A stretch of 64,000 nt of DNA from Betaproteobacteria bacterium (GCA_031394435.1 JANNTQ010000081.1:186-64185); one strand, 5' to 3'; counted from the first letter of the stretch, positions 25,211-36,625 are shown. The notes: generated from the sequence alone by a model not told the origin. Program-made: numbers and translations.

Positions 25211-26119
25211 ATGATGGTGAAGGACAAGGTGGTGGTGGTGACCGGCGCCGGCGGCGGCATCGGGCGCGATTTCGCGCTGCTGTTCGCGGCGCATGGCGCC
25301 AAGGTGGTGGTCAACGACCTCGGCACCTCGGTGGCGGGCGAAGGCGCGAGCGCGGGGCCCGCGCAGAAGGTGGTGGACGAAATCCGCTCGCAGGGCGGGC
25401 AGGCGGTGGCCAGCACCGACAGTGTTGCCGATTGGCAAGCGGCCAACCGCATCGTCAAGGCCGCGATCGACTCCTTCGGGCGCATCGATTGCGTGGTGAA
25501 CAACGCCGGCATCCTGCGCGACCGCTTCTTCTTCAACATGTCGGTCGAAGAATGGCAGGCGGTGATCGAGGTGCACCTTAACGGCTCGTTTTACGTGTCG
25601 CGCGCCGCCGCGCCCTACTTCAAGAACCAGAATTCCGGCTGCTACGTCAACATGACGTCGACCTCGGGTTTGATCGGCAACCTCGGCCAGGCCAACTACT
25701 CGGCGGCGAAGCTCGGCATCGCCGGTCTGTCCAAGTCCATCGCTCTCGACATGGCCAGGTACAGGGTGCGCTCGAACTGCATTGCGCCCTTCGCCTGGAG
25801 CCGCATGATCGGCTCGATTCCCACCGAGACCGAAGAGCAGAAGGCGCGCGTGGAGAAGATGAAGGTGATGCATACGGCGAAGATCGCGCCGCTCGCCGTG
25901 TACCTGGCGAGCGATGCCGCGCAGGACGTCTCGGGCCAGATCTTCGCGGTGCGCGCCAACGAGATCTTCCTCATGTCGCACAGCCGTCCCGTGCGCTCGG
26001 TGCACCGCGCCGGCGGCTGGACGCCGCAGGACATCGCCGACCAGGCGATGCCGGCGCTGCGCGGCAGTTTCTTCCCCCTCGACCGCACGCAGGACGTGTT
26101 CACGTGGGATCCGCTGTAG
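25211..26119 (+). CDS. SDR-family NAD(P)-dependent oxidoreductase (hydroxyacyl-CoA dehydrogenase-like)
   Basis: VVVVTGAGGGIGR (TGxxxGxG), NNAGI, and a YSAAK active-site motif. Confidence 0.88.
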   Translation: MMVKDKVVVVTGAGGGIGRDFALLFAAHGAKVVVNDLGTSVAGEGASAGPAQKVVDEIRSQGGQAVASTDSVADWQAANRIVKAAIDSFGRIDCVVNNAGILRDRFFFNMSVEEWQAVIEVHLNGSFYVSRAAAPYFKNQNSGCYVNMTSTSGLIGNLGQANYSAAKLGIAGLSKSIALDMARYRVRSNCIAPFAWSRMIGSIPTETEEQKARVEKMKVMHTAKIAPLAVYLASDAAQDVSGQIFAVRANEIFLMSHSRPVRSVHRAGGWTPQDIADQAMPALRGSFFPLDRTQDVFTWDPL

Positions 26120-27270
26120 CCGACACCAGCTACACGGACCTGCGCGAAGGCGTGCGCAGCCTGTGCCTGCAGTTCGACTCCGCCTACTGGCAGAAGGTGG
26201 ACGAGGCGCGCGCCTATCCCGAGGCCTTCGTCGCCGCACTGACCAAGGCGGGATGGATGTCGGCCCTGATCCCGGAGCAGTACGGCGGCTCGGGCCTGTC
26301 GCTGACCGAAGCCACCGTGATCATGGAAGAGGTGACGCGCTCCGGCGGCAACGCAGGCTGCTGCCACGGGCAGATGTACAACATGAACACGCTGCTCAGA
26401 AACGGGTCGGAGGCGCAGAAAAGGAAATACCTGCCGCGCATCGCCTCGGGCGAACTGCGCATGCAGGCGATGGGCGTGACCGAGCCCACCGCCGGCACCG
26501 ACACGACCAGGATCAAGACCGTGGCGGTGAGGAAGGGCGACCGCTACGTGGTGAACGGCCAGAAGGTGTGGACGTCGCGCCTGCAGCACTCCGACCTGAT
26601 GATCCTGCTGGCGCGCACCACGCCGCTCGCCGAGGTAAAGAAGAAATCCGACGGCATGTCGGTGTTCCTGATCGAGAAGGAGGCAGCGCTGGGCAAGGGC
26701 CTGAGCATGCGCCCGATCCGCAACATGGTGAATCACGAGACCAACGAAGTGTTCCTCGACAACCTCGAGATCCCGGCCGACAGCCTGATCGGCGAAGAGG
26801 GCAAGGGCTTCAAGTACATCCTCGACGGCCTGAACGCCGAGCGGATCCTGATCGCCGCGGAGTGCATCGGCGACGGCTACTGGTTCGTCGAGCGCGCCGT
26901 GAAGTACGCGAAGGAACGCGTGGTGTTCGAGCGGCCGATCGGGCAGAACCAGGGCGTGCAGTTCCCCATCGCCGAGTGCCACATGGAGATCGAGGCGGCC
27001 AACCTGATGCGCTACAAGGCCGCCGCGCTGTACGACGCCAAGCAGCACTGCGGGGCCGAGGCCAACATGGCGAAGCACCTCGGCGCCAAGGCCGCGTGGG
27101 AAGCGGCTAACGTCTGCCTGCAGACCCACGGCGGCTTCGGCTTTGCCGCCGAGTACGACATTGAGCGCAAGTTCCGCGAGACGCGCCTGTACCTGGTGGC
27201 GCCGATCTCCACCAACCTGATCCTGGCCTATATTGCCGAGCACGTGCTGGGGCTGCCGCGATCGTTCTAG
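26104..27270 (+). CDS. Acyl-CoA dehydrogenase family protein
   Basis: 388 aa, ..GVTEPTAGTDTT.., ..QTHGGFGFAAEYDIERKFRE..; the GTG start overlaps the SDR 3' end. Confidence 0.9.
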   Translation: MGSAVADTSYTDLREGVRSLCLQFDSAYWQKVDEARAYPEAFVAALTKAGWMSALIPEQYGGSGLSLTEATVIMEEVTRSGGNAGCCHGQMYNMNTLLRNGSEAQKRKYLPRIASGELRMQAMGVTEPTAGTDTTRIKTVAVRKGDRYVVNGQKVWTSRLQHSDLMILLARTTPLAEVKKKSDGMSVFLIEKEAALGKGLSMRPIRNMVNHETNEVFLDNLEIPADSLIGEEGKGFKYILDGLNAERILIAAECIGDGYWFVERAVKYAKERVVFERPIGQNQGVQFPIAECHMEIEAANLMRYKAAALYDAKQHCGAEANMAKHLGAKAAWEAANVCLQTHGGFGFAAEYDIERKFRETRLYLVAPISTNLILAYIAEHVLGLPRSF

Positions 27271-27300
27271 CCGGTGTCGGCTAGAATCGCACGCTCAGCG

Positions 27301-28044
27301 ATGCGCATCCTGGTCTCCAATGACGACGGCTATTTCTCCCCCGGGATCGCGCTGCTGGCCGAGCACCTCGCGCCGCTGGGCGACGTCACCGTAGTCGCGC
27401 CCGAGCGGGACCGGTCCGGGGCGTCGAATTCGCTGACACTTGACCGGCCGCTGTCGGCGCGGCGGGCCCCGAACGGGTTCTACTTCGTCAACGGCACGCC
27501 GACCGACTGTGTGCACCTCGCGGTCACCGGGCTGCTCGATTTCCTGCCCGAGGTAGTGGTCTCGGGGATCAACCTCGGCGCCAACATGGGAGACGACACG
27601 ATCTACTCCGGCACGGTTGCCGCCGCCACCGAGGGGTTCCTGTTTGGCATCCCCTCGCTCGCCGTGTCGCTCACCAGCAAGGAGGCGCGCTACCTGGAGT
27701 CCGCTGCGGGCGTCGCAGTGCGCCTGGTCGAGCGCCTCGCGCGAGTGCCGTTCGGCCAGCCCGTACTGCTCAACGTGAACGTGCCCGACGTGCCGCCGGA
27801 ATCGCTCGGCGCGCTCGAAATCACGCGCCTGGGACGCCGCCACAAGGCCGAGCCGGTGGAAAAGACGCGCACGCCGCGCGGCGAGGCCGCCTACTGGATC
27901 GGAGCGGCCGGGACCGCGGCGGACGCGGGCCCGGGCACGGATTTCCACGCGGTGGCCGCACGCCGCGTGTCGGTGACGCCGTTGCAGGTGGATCTGACGC
28001 ATCACGCCCAGCTCGGCATGGTAAAGGACTGGCTCGCCCGATGA
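27301..28044 (+). CDS. surE: 5'/3'-nucleotidase SurE
   Basis: [16 protein letters not shown].. from the ATG at 27301. Confidence 0.93.
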   Translation: MRILVSNDDGYFSPGIALLAEHLAPLGDVTVVAPERDRSGASNSLTLDRPLSARRAPNGFYFVNGTPTDCVHLAVTGLLDFLPEVVVSGINLGANMGDDTIYSGTVAAATEGFLFGIPSLAVSLTSKEARYLESAAGVAVRLVERLARVPFGQPVLLNVNVPDVPPESLGALEITRLGRRHKAEPVEKTRTPRGEAAYWIGAAGTAADAGPGTDFHAVAARRVSVTPLQVDLTHHAQLGMVKDWLAR

Positions 28045-28727
28045 ACGCGCGCGGCGCGCACAACCTGAGCGGCGTCGGCATGACTTCGCAGCGCACGCGC
28101 GCGCGCATGGTCGAGCGGCTGCGCGGCGAGGGCATTCGCGACGAGAAGGTGCTGGCGGCAATGGGCAGCGTGCCGCGCCACCTGTTCGTCGACGAAGCGC
28201 TGGCCAGCCGCGCCTACGAGGATACGGCGCTGCCGATCGGCTTCGGCCAGACCATCTCGCAGCCCTACGTGGTGGCGCGCATGATCGAGGCCTTGTGCGC
28301 GGGCGACCGGTCGCTCGGCAAGGCGCTGGAAATCGGCACCGGCTGCGGCTACCAGGCGGCGGTGCTGGCCCAGCTCGCGCGCGAGGTGTACTCGGTGGAG
28401 CGCATCCATGCGCTACTCGAGCGCGCGCGCGCGAATCTTCGCCGCCTGCGCCTGTCCAATCTGCGGCTCACGCATGCTGACGGCAACCTAGGCCTGGACA
28501 AAGCGGCGCCCTTCGACTCGATCATCGTCGCGGCGGCAGCGCCCGAATTGCCGCAGGCCCTCTTACAGCAACTGGCGCCGGGTGGCAGAATGGTGCTGCC
28601 GCTGAAATCGCCGGACGCGCCGCGCGGCGCGCAGCGCCTCGCGCTTTACCAGCGCGGCGCGCGCGGCATCGCCGAAACGGTGCTCGAAGCAGTGCGCTTC
28701 GTGCCGCTGGAGACAGGAAAACTGTGA
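28041..28727 (+). CDS. pcm: Protein-L-isoaspartate O-methyltransferase
   Basis: ..[35 protein letters not shown]... Confidence 0.93.
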   Translation: MNARGAHNLSGVGMTSQRTRARMVERLRGEGIRDEKVLAAMGSVPRHLFVDEALASRAYEDTALPIGFGQTISQPYVVARMIEALCAGDRSLGKALEIGTGCGYQAAVLAQLAREVYSVERIHALLERARANLRRLRLSNLRLTHADGNLGLDKAAPFDSIIVAAAAPELPQALLQQLAPGGRMVLPLKSPDAPRGAQRLALYQRGARGIAETVLEAVRFVPLETGKL

Positions 28728-29722
28728 CGCTCGAAGTGACGCGCTGGACCCGGCTTGCCCTGGTGGTGCTGCTCGGCGCTGCCGGTTGCGGATCGGTGTC
28801 GACGCAAGCGCCGGTGGACGACCGCCGGCCGGCGGCGGCGTCCAAGCCGCCAGCGCAGGCGGCGCAGCCGGTGCCGGCGCCCGCGGCGGCACAGCCCGGG
28901 CAGCACGTGGTGAAGCGCGGTGACACGCTCTACAGCATCGCGCTCGAGTATGGCGCCGATTACCGCGACGTCGCGCAATGGAACAGTCTGGAAGATCCGA
29001 CCAGGATCTCGATCGGCCAGGTGCTGCGCGTGACGCCGCCGGAGGGGCAGTCCCCGATCCAGGTCGGCATCGCCCGGGGCGCCGTGCCTCTGGAGGCGCG
29101 CGCGCTGGAGGGCGCCAGCGTCGCGCCGCAAGGCCAGGGCGATGGCGGCAACAGGATCGCACCCAAGGCGCTCCGTCTGCCTTACTCGGAGCAGAATCTC
29201 GCGCTGCTGCAGCAGGGCGAAACGGCGGCGGCTACCGGCATGGCGTCCGCAGCGTCCAAGCCCGAGCCGGCCAAGCCCGAGCCGGCCAAGCCGGAGCCGG
29301 CCAAGCCGGAACCGCCGAAGACGGCGGCAGTGGAGCGCGATCCGGATGCGATCGACTTCATCTGGCCGGCCAAGGGCAGCGTGCTGGCCGGATTTTCCGA
29401 ACCCGGCAGCAAGGGCGTGGACATCGGCGGCAAGCTCGGCGACCCGGTGGTGGCCGCTGCGGCGGGCCAGGTGCTCTACACCGGTACCGGCATTCGCGGT
29501 TTTGGCAAGCTGATCGTCATCCGGCATGAGGGCGGCTTCAGCAGCGTGTACGCGCACAATCGCGAGATCCTGGTGAAGGAAGGACAGTCGGTGGCGCGCG
29601 GCCAGAGAATCGCCGAACTGGGTGACTCCGATGCCGACCGGCCGAAACTGCACTTCGAGATCCGCAAGGCCGGCAAGCCGGTCGATCCGTTGCGTTACCT
29701 GCCCGGCGCCAAGCCTTCCTGA
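28724..29722 (+). CDS. nlpD: LysM + M23 peptidase lipoprotein (NlpD-like)
   Basis: Lipobox LLGAAGC, LysM ([17 protein letters not shown]) and an M23 domain (..GVDIGG..YAHN..HFEIRK..). Confidence 0.88.
   Translation: MTLEVTRWTRLALVVLLGAAGCGSVSTQAPVDDRRPAAASKPPAQAAQPVPAPAAAQPGQHVVKRGDTLYSIALEYGADYRDVAQWNSLEDPTRISIGQVLRVTPPEGQSPIQVGIARGAVPLEARALEGASVAPQGQGDGGNRIAPKALRLPYSEQNLALLQQGETAAATGMASAASKPEPAKPEPAKPEPAKPEPPKTAAVERDPDAIDFIWPAKGSVLAGFSEPGSKGVDIGGKLGDPVVAAAAGQVLYTGTGIRGFGKLIVIRHEGGFSSVYAHNREILVKEGQSVARGQRIAELGDSDADRPKLHFEIRKAGKPVDPLRYLPGAKPS
29258..29317 (+). repeat. 15-bp tandem repeat x4 inside nlpD encoding (KPEPA)n
   Basis: aagcccgagccggcc / aagcccgagccggcc / aagccggagccggcc / aagccggaaccgccg. 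Confidence 0.9.
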
Positions 29723-29740
29723 GTCGGCCTGCGTGGTGGA

Positions 29741-30745
29741 CTATTTCTGCCTGGCGCGCGCCGCGCGCAGCGCATCCGCCAGATCGGACACCGCCATGGC
29801 GTAGAACGCGCTGCGGTTGTAGCGCGTGAGTACGTAGAAATTCTGCAGACCCAGCCGGTATTCGGCCGGCCGCTCCGGCGAGCGCAGTGCCAGCAGCACG
29901 GCACGCGTGCCGGATGGCAGCGGCGCGCCGCTCGATTCGATGCCGGCTTGCGTGAGTTCCTCCACGCTGTGACGCGGCAGCGGATTGCCGTCCGCATAGG
30001 CGGCGTGGCGGTCGCCGTCCACGCGCGCGCCGCGTTGCACCGGCTCGCCGCGGCGCCAGCCGTGGTGCTTGAGGAAATTGCCTACGCTGCCGATGGCGTC
30101 GACAGCATTGCCGCTCAGGTCGGAGACGCCGTCGCCGTCGAAGTCCACCGCGTAGCGCAGGTAACTGGTGGGCATGAACTGCGGGATGCCGATGGCGCCA
30201 GCGTAGGAACCCTTCAAGACGAACACGTCGAGTTGCATCTCGCGCGCGAACACGAGGTAATTTTCCAGCTCGCCGCGGAAGTAGGGCGCGCGCGGCGGGT
30301 AGTCAAAGGCCAGCGTGGCCAGCGCGTCGATGACGCGCCAGCGGCCCGTGTTGCGGCCATAGAAGGTTTCCACGCCGAGGATCGCGATGATGATCTCCTC
30401 CGGCACGCCGTAGGTGCGGCGCGCGCGCTCCAGCTGGTCGCGGTGTTCCCGCCAGAAAGCGAGGCCGGCACGCAGCAGGCGCTCATTGACGAAAGTCGCG
30501 CGGTAGTCGACCCAGGAACGCGCCAGCGCCACCGGCTGGGTCTGCACGGCCGTGAGCACCGCCTCCTCGCGACGCGCGCGCGAGAACACGTTGTGCAGTT
30601 CGCTCTCATTGAACGCATGCCGCTCGACCAGTTGGCGGATGAACGACTGGACTTCGGGGCGGGCGGCAAAGGACTCCGCGTCGGCGCGCGCGCTGCCGGC
30701 CGCCAGCGCGTGTAGCAGCGCGAGGGCCGCGATGGTCCGCGTCAT
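29741..30745 (-). CDS. mltB: Lytic murein transglycosylase B family
   Basis: 334 aa with a signal peptide; ..ILGVETFYG.., ..GAIGIPQFMPTSY... Confidence 0.88.
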   Translation of the reverse strand: MTRTIAALALLHALAAGSARADAESFAARPEVQSFIRQLVERHAFNESELHNVFSRARREEAVLTAVQTQPVALARSWVDYRATFVNERLLRAGLAFWREHRDQLERARRTYGVPEEIIIAILGVETFYGRNTGRWRVIDALATLAFDYPPRAPYFRGELENYLVFAREMQLDVFVLKGSYAGAIGIPQFMPTSYLRYAVDFDGDGVSDLSGNAVDAIGSVGNFLKHHGWRRGEPVQRGARVDGDRHAAYADGNPLPRHSVEELTQAGIESSGAPLPSGTRAVLLALRSPERPAEYRLGLQNFYVLTRYNRSAFYAMAVSDLADALRAARARQK

Positions 30746-32706
30746 GCCAGGCGCAGCGCGCGCACGCGCTGCTTCAGTTCGGCCACCTGTTCGCGCGATG
30801 CCGTGCGGCCATAGCGCGCGCCGAGGTACAGAGCGGCGATGGCTTCGATCGCTGCGGCGGCAGCAGGCAGCCGGTGCGCGGCGCGCTCCGCGTAGTCGCG
30901 TGGACCCTCGTGCGGCGCGCGCGCGACGCCGCGCGCGCCGAGCTTGCGGCAGAACGACCGCCAGGCACGCTGCACGGGATCAGGCCGGGCCAGGCGCCGC
31001 AGCGACCACGCGAGCAGCAGCAGCGTGAATGCGCCCAACGCCGACGCCATGGCAGCGGTCATGCTGCGCCAGTCGGCGTCGCGCATGCCCAGGCGGGACA
31101 TCAGGTCGCGCTGGCGCTCCGGGTTGTAGCCCAGCACCATCACGTTCCAGCGGTGCGCCAGCGCTTCCCAGTTGTACCGGACGGAGCGCAGCCACTCGAG
31201 CTGCGGTCGCAACAGCAGCGGCACCGGCTCCCCCTGGCGCATCGAGCGCGCCAGGCCGGATTCGATCCTGCCGGGTACCGCAGCAGCAGTCGGGTCCAGG
31301 CGCAACCAGCCGCGGCCGGGCAGGTAAGCCTCGGCCCAGGCGTGGGCGTCGGCCTGGCGCACGGTGATGATCCGGTCGACGGTGTTCACCTCGCCCCCCT
31401 GGTAGCCGGTGACCACCCTCGTCGGCACGCCCGCCGCCCTCAGCAGGAAGACGAACGCGGAGGTGAAGTGCTCGCAGAAGCCGGCACGCGTGTCGAACAG
31501 GAACTCGTCGACAGTCTCCTGCCCGAGCAGGGGCGGCTCGAGCGTGTAGGCCAGGCCCGCGCCGCGGAAATAGTCGACTGCGCGCTGGACAACCTCGGTG
31601 TCATCCTTTGCGCCGCGGCGCCACTGTGCGGCAAGTGCACGGGCGCGCGGATTGCCGCCCGCGGGCAGGGCGAGCGCCCGCTGCAGCGAGCCGCCGCTTT
31701 CGCGCAGGCCGGTCTGCGCATCGGCCACCGACGCCAGCGCGTAGCGCATGCGCGTGCGCACCGGCGTCGATGCCACGATCATACCGTCGTTGGTGTAGCG
31801 GCCGCGCTCCGGCAGGCTGGCCGCGCTCTCCAGCGCGAACAGCCAGTTGCGGTTGTGCACTTCGAGCGTCACCACGTAGTCGAAGCGGCCCTCGCCCCGC
31901 GGCGGCTCGAAGCGCTCCAGCCAGTTCTGCCCCATGCTCCAGGTGCGCCCGTCGAAGTCCCACAGTACCGGACCGCGCCAGTAGCGCTGGCGCGGCGCGG
32001 GGGTATCGCCTTGGAACTCGGCGCGGAACGCGACCGAGTCCGATTGCGCGAGATGCGACAGGTTGCCGGGCGACATGGTGTCGGAAAGGCCCGTGACGCC
32101 CGAGTAAGCGTCCTGCGGCAGGCCCCACAGCGGTCCCTGCACTCGGGGAAACAGCAGGAAAAGTACCAGCGCCGCGGGTGCGGCATGTGCCAGCAACAGG
32201 CCGGCAGTGCGCAGGTTGGCGCGCATCGAGCGCCGCGGCGCGGCGAATCCCACCAGCGTGAAAGTCACGGCCAGCAGCGCCGCGCACATCAGCGCCGCGG
32301 TGGGGATGCTCTGCGTGTAGAGCAGGTTGGTCATGATCAGGAAGTAGCACAGGAAGGCCACCACTGCGCCGTCCCGGTGCGTGCGCATCTCGAGCAGCTT
32401 GAGCCCCGAGAACAGGACCAGCAGCACGATTCCGGGCGTGCGGCCGAACAGGGTCCGGTACTCGAAAAAAACCGCCGCGAGCGCCAGCGCCGCAACCCCC
32501 AGCAGCAGCCAGCGCGAAGGCAGGGCGGCGCGGCTCAGCGCAAGTCGCGTGCGCCAACCATACAGTCCCAGCGTCAGCAAGCTAAGCCACCACGGCATGC
32601 GCAAGGCATGCGGGCCGGCGACGAGCAGCAGCGCGAACAACAGCCCGCCGAGGTCGCGCAACGACACGGCGCGCAGTTCCGGGGCGAGCGGGTGGGGTAC
32701 TTTCAT
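30742..32706 (-). CDS. Transglutaminase-domain membrane protein (DUF3488 + transglutaminase core; TgpA-like)
   Basis: Multi-TM N-terminus; ..GFCEHFTSAFVFLLRAAGVPTRVVTGY.. Cys core; ..DAHAWAE... Start taken at the ATG at 32706, which overlaps the DUF58 stop (ATGA). The track ORF starts at 32748. Confidence 0.85.
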   Translation of the reverse strand: MKVPHPLAPELRAVSLRDLGGLLFALLLVAGPHALRMPWWLSLLTLGLYGWRTRLALSRAALPSRWLLLGVAALALAAVFFEYRTLFGRTPGIVLLVLFSGLKLLEMRTHRDGAVVAFLCYFLIMTNLLYTQSIPTAALMCAALLAVTFTLVGFAAPRRSMRANLRTAGLLLAHAAPAALVLFLLFPRVQGPLWGLPQDAYSGVTGLSDTMSPGNLSHLAQSDSVAFRAEFQGDTPAPRQRYWRGPVLWDFDGRTWSMGQNWLERFEPPRGEGRFDYVVTLEVHNRNWLFALESAASLPERGRYTNDGMIVASTPVRTRMRYALASVADAQTGLRESGGSLQRALALPAGGNPRARALAAQWRRGAKDDTEVVQRAVDYFRGAGLAYTLEPPLLGQETVDEFLFDTRAGFCEHFTSAFVFLLRAAGVPTRVVTGYQGGEVNTVDRIITVRQADAHAWAEAYLPGRGWLRLDPTAAAVPGRIESGLARSMRQGEPVPLLLRPQLEWLRSVRYNWEALAHRWNVMVLGYNPERQRDLMSRLGMRDADWRSMTAAMASALGAFTLLLLAWSLRRLARPDPVQRAWRSFCRKLGARGVARAPHEGPRDYAERAAHRLPAAAAAIEAIAALYLGARYGRTASREQVAELKQRVRALRLA

Positions 32707-33668
32707 GCGCTGGGGTACAACGCAAGGGCCTGCAGGCAGTTGCTGCAATGCGCATCACCCCTGCCCGGGGCCAGTTCGCGGCCGGGCAAACGCAGGCCGT
32801 ATGCAGCGCCAGCCAACTCCGCAGCCAGCACCCAGGCCGTCAGTCGAGACAGGCGCTGCTCGGGCTCGGGGGCGCCCGCCAGCAAGGACCAGTCGAGCCA
32901 CAGTTCCACACCTGCCGCGCCGCTGAACTGCTTGGTCAGCATGTCGTCGGACCGCGCTGCGGCTTTCCACGCCACGTGGCGCGGCGAATCGGACAGCTGG
33001 TAGGTACGCAAGCCCGAGAAGTCGTCGTTGCCCAGGGTTTGCGCGCGTGCCGCGCCGGCCGCAGCGTCCGCCGCCGGCGCCGGCAGCGGCGTGCGCTCCG
33101 GACGCGGGTAGACCAGGCAGCGAGCATCGGGCTCGACGTAGCTCCATGCGCGAAACAGGCCGAGCGGGAATCGCGTCTCGAGCATCACGCGCCCAAGCGG
33201 CAGCCAGCCCCGCTTCTGCGCGGGCACCGCCAGCACGGCTTCGCCGAGGGCGCCCGCCGCCACGCCGAGCACCAGCTGGGAACCGGAACCCACATGCCGC
33301 ACCAGCAGCGCCGGCCGGTCGTAGCGAGCCTGGTTGTCGAGCAGCAGGCGAAACTGTGCCTCCTCGCCGGCGAATACCGAATCCGCGCGCCCCGCGCTCA
33401 CCGCAAGGCGCGCCAGGTTGCGCGTGGTATGCACCATGCCGGCAACCGCCGTGCCGGCGAGCACGAAGGTAAGCGCGAAGCCCAGTTGCAGCGCGTAGTT
33501 GATCGAACCGACGAGCAGGATGCCGAGCGTCGCGGCATAGATCCAGCCCAGGCGCGTCGGCAAGATGTACACGCGGCGGTGGCCGAGGACGACCGTGCCC
33601 CGTTCCGGCGGCGAGTAGCCGTAGAACCAATTGCGCAGGCGCGGGCCGGCGAGCAAAGCGCGCATCAT
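32703..33668 (-). CDS. DUF58 domain-containing protein
   Basis: Two N-terminal TM segments followed by a DUF58-like (vWA-like) region. Start taken at 33668, 1 nt after the upstream stop. Confidence 0.75.
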   Translation of the reverse strand: MMRALLAGPRLRNWFYGYSPPERGTVVLGHRRVYILPTRLGWIYAATLGILLVGSINYALQLGFALTFVLAGTAVAGMVHTTRNLARLAVSAGRADSVFAGEEAQFRLLLDNQARYDRPALLVRHVGSGSQLVLGVAAGALGEAVLAVPAQKRGWLPLGRVMLETRFPLGLFRAWSYVEPDARCLVYPRPERTPLPAPAADAAAGAARAQTLGNDDFSGLRTYQLSDSPRHVAWKAAARSDDMLTKQFSGAAGVELWLDWSLLAGAPEPEQRLSRLTAWVLAAELAGAAYGLRLPGRELAPGRGDAHCSNCLQALALYPSA

Positions 33669-33669
33669 G

Positions 33670-34278
33670 TCAGCTGGTGACTCCCTGGTAACCCCAGTGC
33701 ACTTTCCACGCCGCCAGGACGGCACGCGGGTAGTCCGGCTGTCCCAGGCTGCCGTTGTAGCGCCCGAGCGCCCTGAAGTAGTCGCCCTTCTCCTGGTCGA
33801 GATAGTGCCTGAGGATCACGCAGCCGTAGCGCAGGTTGATGCGCAGGTGGAACAGGTTGTGGCTTTGCCGCCCGATCAGCTTGACCCAGAACGGCATCAC
33901 CTGCATGTAGCCGCGCGCGCCCGCCTTCGACACCGCGTACTTGCGGAAACCGCTTTCCACCTCCATCACGCCGAGCACTAATTGCGGATCGAGCCCCGCG
34001 CGTTGTGCCTCGAAGTGCACGGTGCGCAACAGCTCGACGCGCTCCTTGCGGTCGGCGATGCGCTTCTCCAGGCGGCGCGACATCTCCGTGATCCACTTGT
34101 GGCCGTCGTCGCGGTCGCGGAAAGCAAGTTCCGGCACGGACTTGTCGGCGATCGCCGCCGACAGCCGATCGCGCACGCTCTTCGCGAGGTCCTCGTACAC
34201 TTGCGCACCTGCGATGGCTGCCGCCGGCAACAGCAACGCGACGCTCAGCGCCGCGGCGCAGGCGCGGGCGATGATCAT
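33670..34278 (-). CDS. SLT-domain lytic transglycosylase
   Basis: Signal peptide; ..[27 protein letters not shown].. (ES / GLMQ-type motifs). Confidence 0.85.
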   Translation of the reverse strand: MIIARACAAALSVALLLPAAAIAGAQVYEDLAKSVRDRLSAAIADKSVPELAFRDRDDGHKWITEMSRRLEKRIADRKERVELLRTVHFEAQRAGLDPQLVLGVMEVESGFRKYAVSKAGARGYMQVMPFWVKLIGRQSHNLFHLRINLRYGCVILRHYLDQEKGDYFRALGRYNGSLGQPDYPRAVLAAWKVHWGYQGVTS

Positions 34279-35981
34279 GCCGCCGCCAGGCGCTCCTTGA
34301 GGAAGCCGGCGACGCCGGCGAGGGGGATGTTGCGCGGCTGCGCCGCGGTGCGCGACTTGTACTCCGCCTCGCCGAGCGCGAGGCCGCGTTCCGACAGCAC
34401 GATGCGGTGCGGGATGCCCACCAGGTCCATGTCAGCGAACAGGACCCCAGGGCGCTCATCGCGGTCGTCCAGCAGCAATTCGATGCCGGCGGCGCGCAGT
34501 TCGTCGTACAGCCGGTCCGCTGCGGCGCGCACCTTCTCGTTCTTGGCATAGGCAATCGGCACCAGGCAGGCGGCGAAAGGCGCCATCGGTGGGGGCAACA
34601 CGATGCCGCGTTCATCGTGGCTCTGCTCTATGGCCGCGGCCACCACGCGCGTGATACCGATGCCGTAGCAGCCCATTTCCATTGGCAGTGCCGTGCCCTT
34701 GTCGTCAAGCACAGTGGCCTTCATGGCTGCGGAATACTTGGTACGCAACTGGAAGATGTGCCCCACTTCGATGCCGCGCTGGATGCGCAGGCTGCCCTTG
34801 CGGTCGGGACTGGGGTCGCCCGCCATGACGTTTCTGATATCGGCGACGAGCGAAGGTTCCGCCAGGTCGCGCCCCCAGTTGACGCCGGCGTAGTGGAAGC
34901 CCGCCGCGTTGGCGCCACAGACAAAATCGCTCATGGCGGCCACGGTGCGGTCGGCCACGATGCGCGCGGAAGTCGCGCCAACCGGCCCCAGGTACCCCGG
35001 CGGGCAATCGAGTGCGCGCATGATCTCTGCCTCGCTGGCGAAACGGAACTGGCCGATCGCCTTCTGCGCCTTGACCTCGTTCAAGTCGTGATCGCCGCGC
35101 AATAGCAGCAGGTGGAATTCGTCGCCGCGCATCAGGGCGATCGCCTTGACCGTGCGCTCGAGCGGCAGTTTGAGCAGCGCAGCGACTTCCTCGCAGCGCG
35201 TCTGGCCCGGGGTAGGCACCTTGCTCTTCGGCTGCGCGGGCGCTCGCCGCGGCTCGCGCGGCGCGAGCGCTTCGGCCAGCTCCACGTTGGCGGCATAGTC
35301 CGATTCCGGGCAGTACGCGATCGCGTCCTCGCCGGAATCGGCCAGCACCTGGAACTCGTGCGAGCCGGTGCCGCCAATCGCGCCGGTGTCCGCCGCCACC
35401 GCGCGGAACTTCAACCCCAGGCGGGTGAAGATGCGGCAGTAGGTGTCGTACATGCTGCGGTATTCGCGCTGCAGGTCCGCGTAGTTGGCGTGAAACGAGT
35501 AGCCGTCCTTCATCAGGAATTCGCGCGCGCGCATCACGCCGAAGCGCGGCCGGCGCTCATCGCGGAACTTGGTCTGGATCTGGTAGAAATGAACCGGCAA
35601 CTGGCGGTAGCTCTTCAGCTCGCCGCGCGCCAGGTCGGCAATCACTTCCTCGGAAGTCGGCTGGATGACGAAATCGCGCTCATGGCGGTCCTTGAAGCGC
35701 AGCAGCTCCGGCCCGTAGTCCTGCCAGCGGCCCGACTCCTGCCACAGTTCGGCGGGCTGCACCGCCGGCATGAGCAATTCGATGGCGCCGGCGCGCTCCA
35801 TTTCCTCGCGCACGATGGCTTCGACCTTGCGCAGCACGCGCACGCCCAATGGCAGCCAGGTGTAGATGCCCGCCGCCACGCGCCGGATGAAGCCCGCGCG
35901 CAGCATCAGCCTGTGGCTGGCGAGCTCTGCGTCGGCGGGCGCCTCCTTGATCGTTCCGAGGTGGAATCGCGATGTACGCAT
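34275..35981 (-). CDS. proS: Proline--tRNA ligase
   Basis: 568 aa, [33 protein letters not shown]... Confidence 0.96.
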   Translation of the reverse strand: MRTSRFHLGTIKEAPADAELASHRLMLRAGFIRRVAAGIYTWLPLGVRVLRKVEAIVREEMERAGAIELLMPAVQPAELWQESGRWQDYGPELLRFKDRHERDFVIQPTSEEVIADLARGELKSYRQLPVHFYQIQTKFRDERRPRFGVMRAREFLMKDGYSFHANYADLQREYRSMYDTYCRIFTRLGLKFRAVAADTGAIGGTGSHEFQVLADSGEDAIAYCPESDYAANVELAEALAPREPRRAPAQPKSKVPTPGQTRCEEVAALLKLPLERTVKAIALMRGDEFHLLLLRGDHDLNEVKAQKAIGQFRFASEAEIMRALDCPPGYLGPVGATSARIVADRTVAAMSDFVCGANAAGFHYAGVNWGRDLAEPSLVADIRNVMAGDPSPDRKGSLRIQRGIEVGHIFQLRTKYSAAMKATVLDDKGTALPMEMGCYGIGITRVVAAAIEQSHDERGIVLPPPMAPFAACLVPIAYAKNEKVRAAADRLYDELRAAGIELLLDDRDERPGVLFADMDLVGIPHRIVLSERGLALGEAEYKSRTAAQPRNIPLAGVAGFLKERLAAA

Positions 35982-36056
35982 CGGTACGGCGCTGCGTTGT
36001 GTTTGCGCCGCGCCTGTGAAAAAATGCGATGGAATTCTAACTTAGGTGGTGTGGCC

Positions 36057-36572
36057 ATGCTCGACCGCGACGGCTACCGTCCGAATGTCGGCATCATCCT
36101 CGCCAACAGCCGCGACGAAGTGTTCTGGGGCAAGCGCGTCAACCAGCACGCGTGGCAGTTTCCCCAGGGCGGCATCAAGCACGGCGAGGCGCCGGAGCAG
36201 GCGATGTATCGGGAACTGGAGGAGGAAACCGGCCTCAAGCCCGATCACGTCCGCATTCTGGGGCGCACGCGCCAATGGCTGCGCTACGAGGTGCCCGACA
36301 AGTGGCTGCGTCGCGACTGGCGCGGCAGCTACCGCGGGCAGAAGCAGATTTGGTACTTGTTGCGCATGCTGGGCCGCGACTGCGACGTGCGCCTGCGCAC
36401 CAGCGACAAGCCCGAATTCGACGCCTGGCGCTGGCACGGCTACTGGGTGCCGCTCGAGGCGGTGATCGAGTTCAAGCGCGAGGTCTACCAGGAGGCGCTC
36501 GCCGAGCTGCACCGCTACCTGGGCGCCGACCGGGGTCCGCGCGCGCGGCGCGCGGCGGCGACGACGCGCTGA
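36057..36572 (+). CDS. rppH: RNA pyrophosphohydrolase
   Basis: [15 protein letters not shown]..; Nudix box [23 protein letters not shown]. Confidence 0.92.
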   Translation: MLDRDGYRPNVGIILANSRDEVFWGKRVNQHAWQFPQGGIKHGEAPEQAMYRELEEETGLKPDHVRILGRTRQWLRYEVPDKWLRRDWRGSYRGQKQIWYLLRMLGRDCDVRLRTSDKPEFDAWRWHGYWVPLEAVIEFKREVYQEALAELHRYLGADRGPRARRAAATTR

Positions 36573-36625
36573 GCGCCCCCGGCAACACATAGCGTGCATC
36601 AATTGTTGGTATTGCAAAAATCGAT

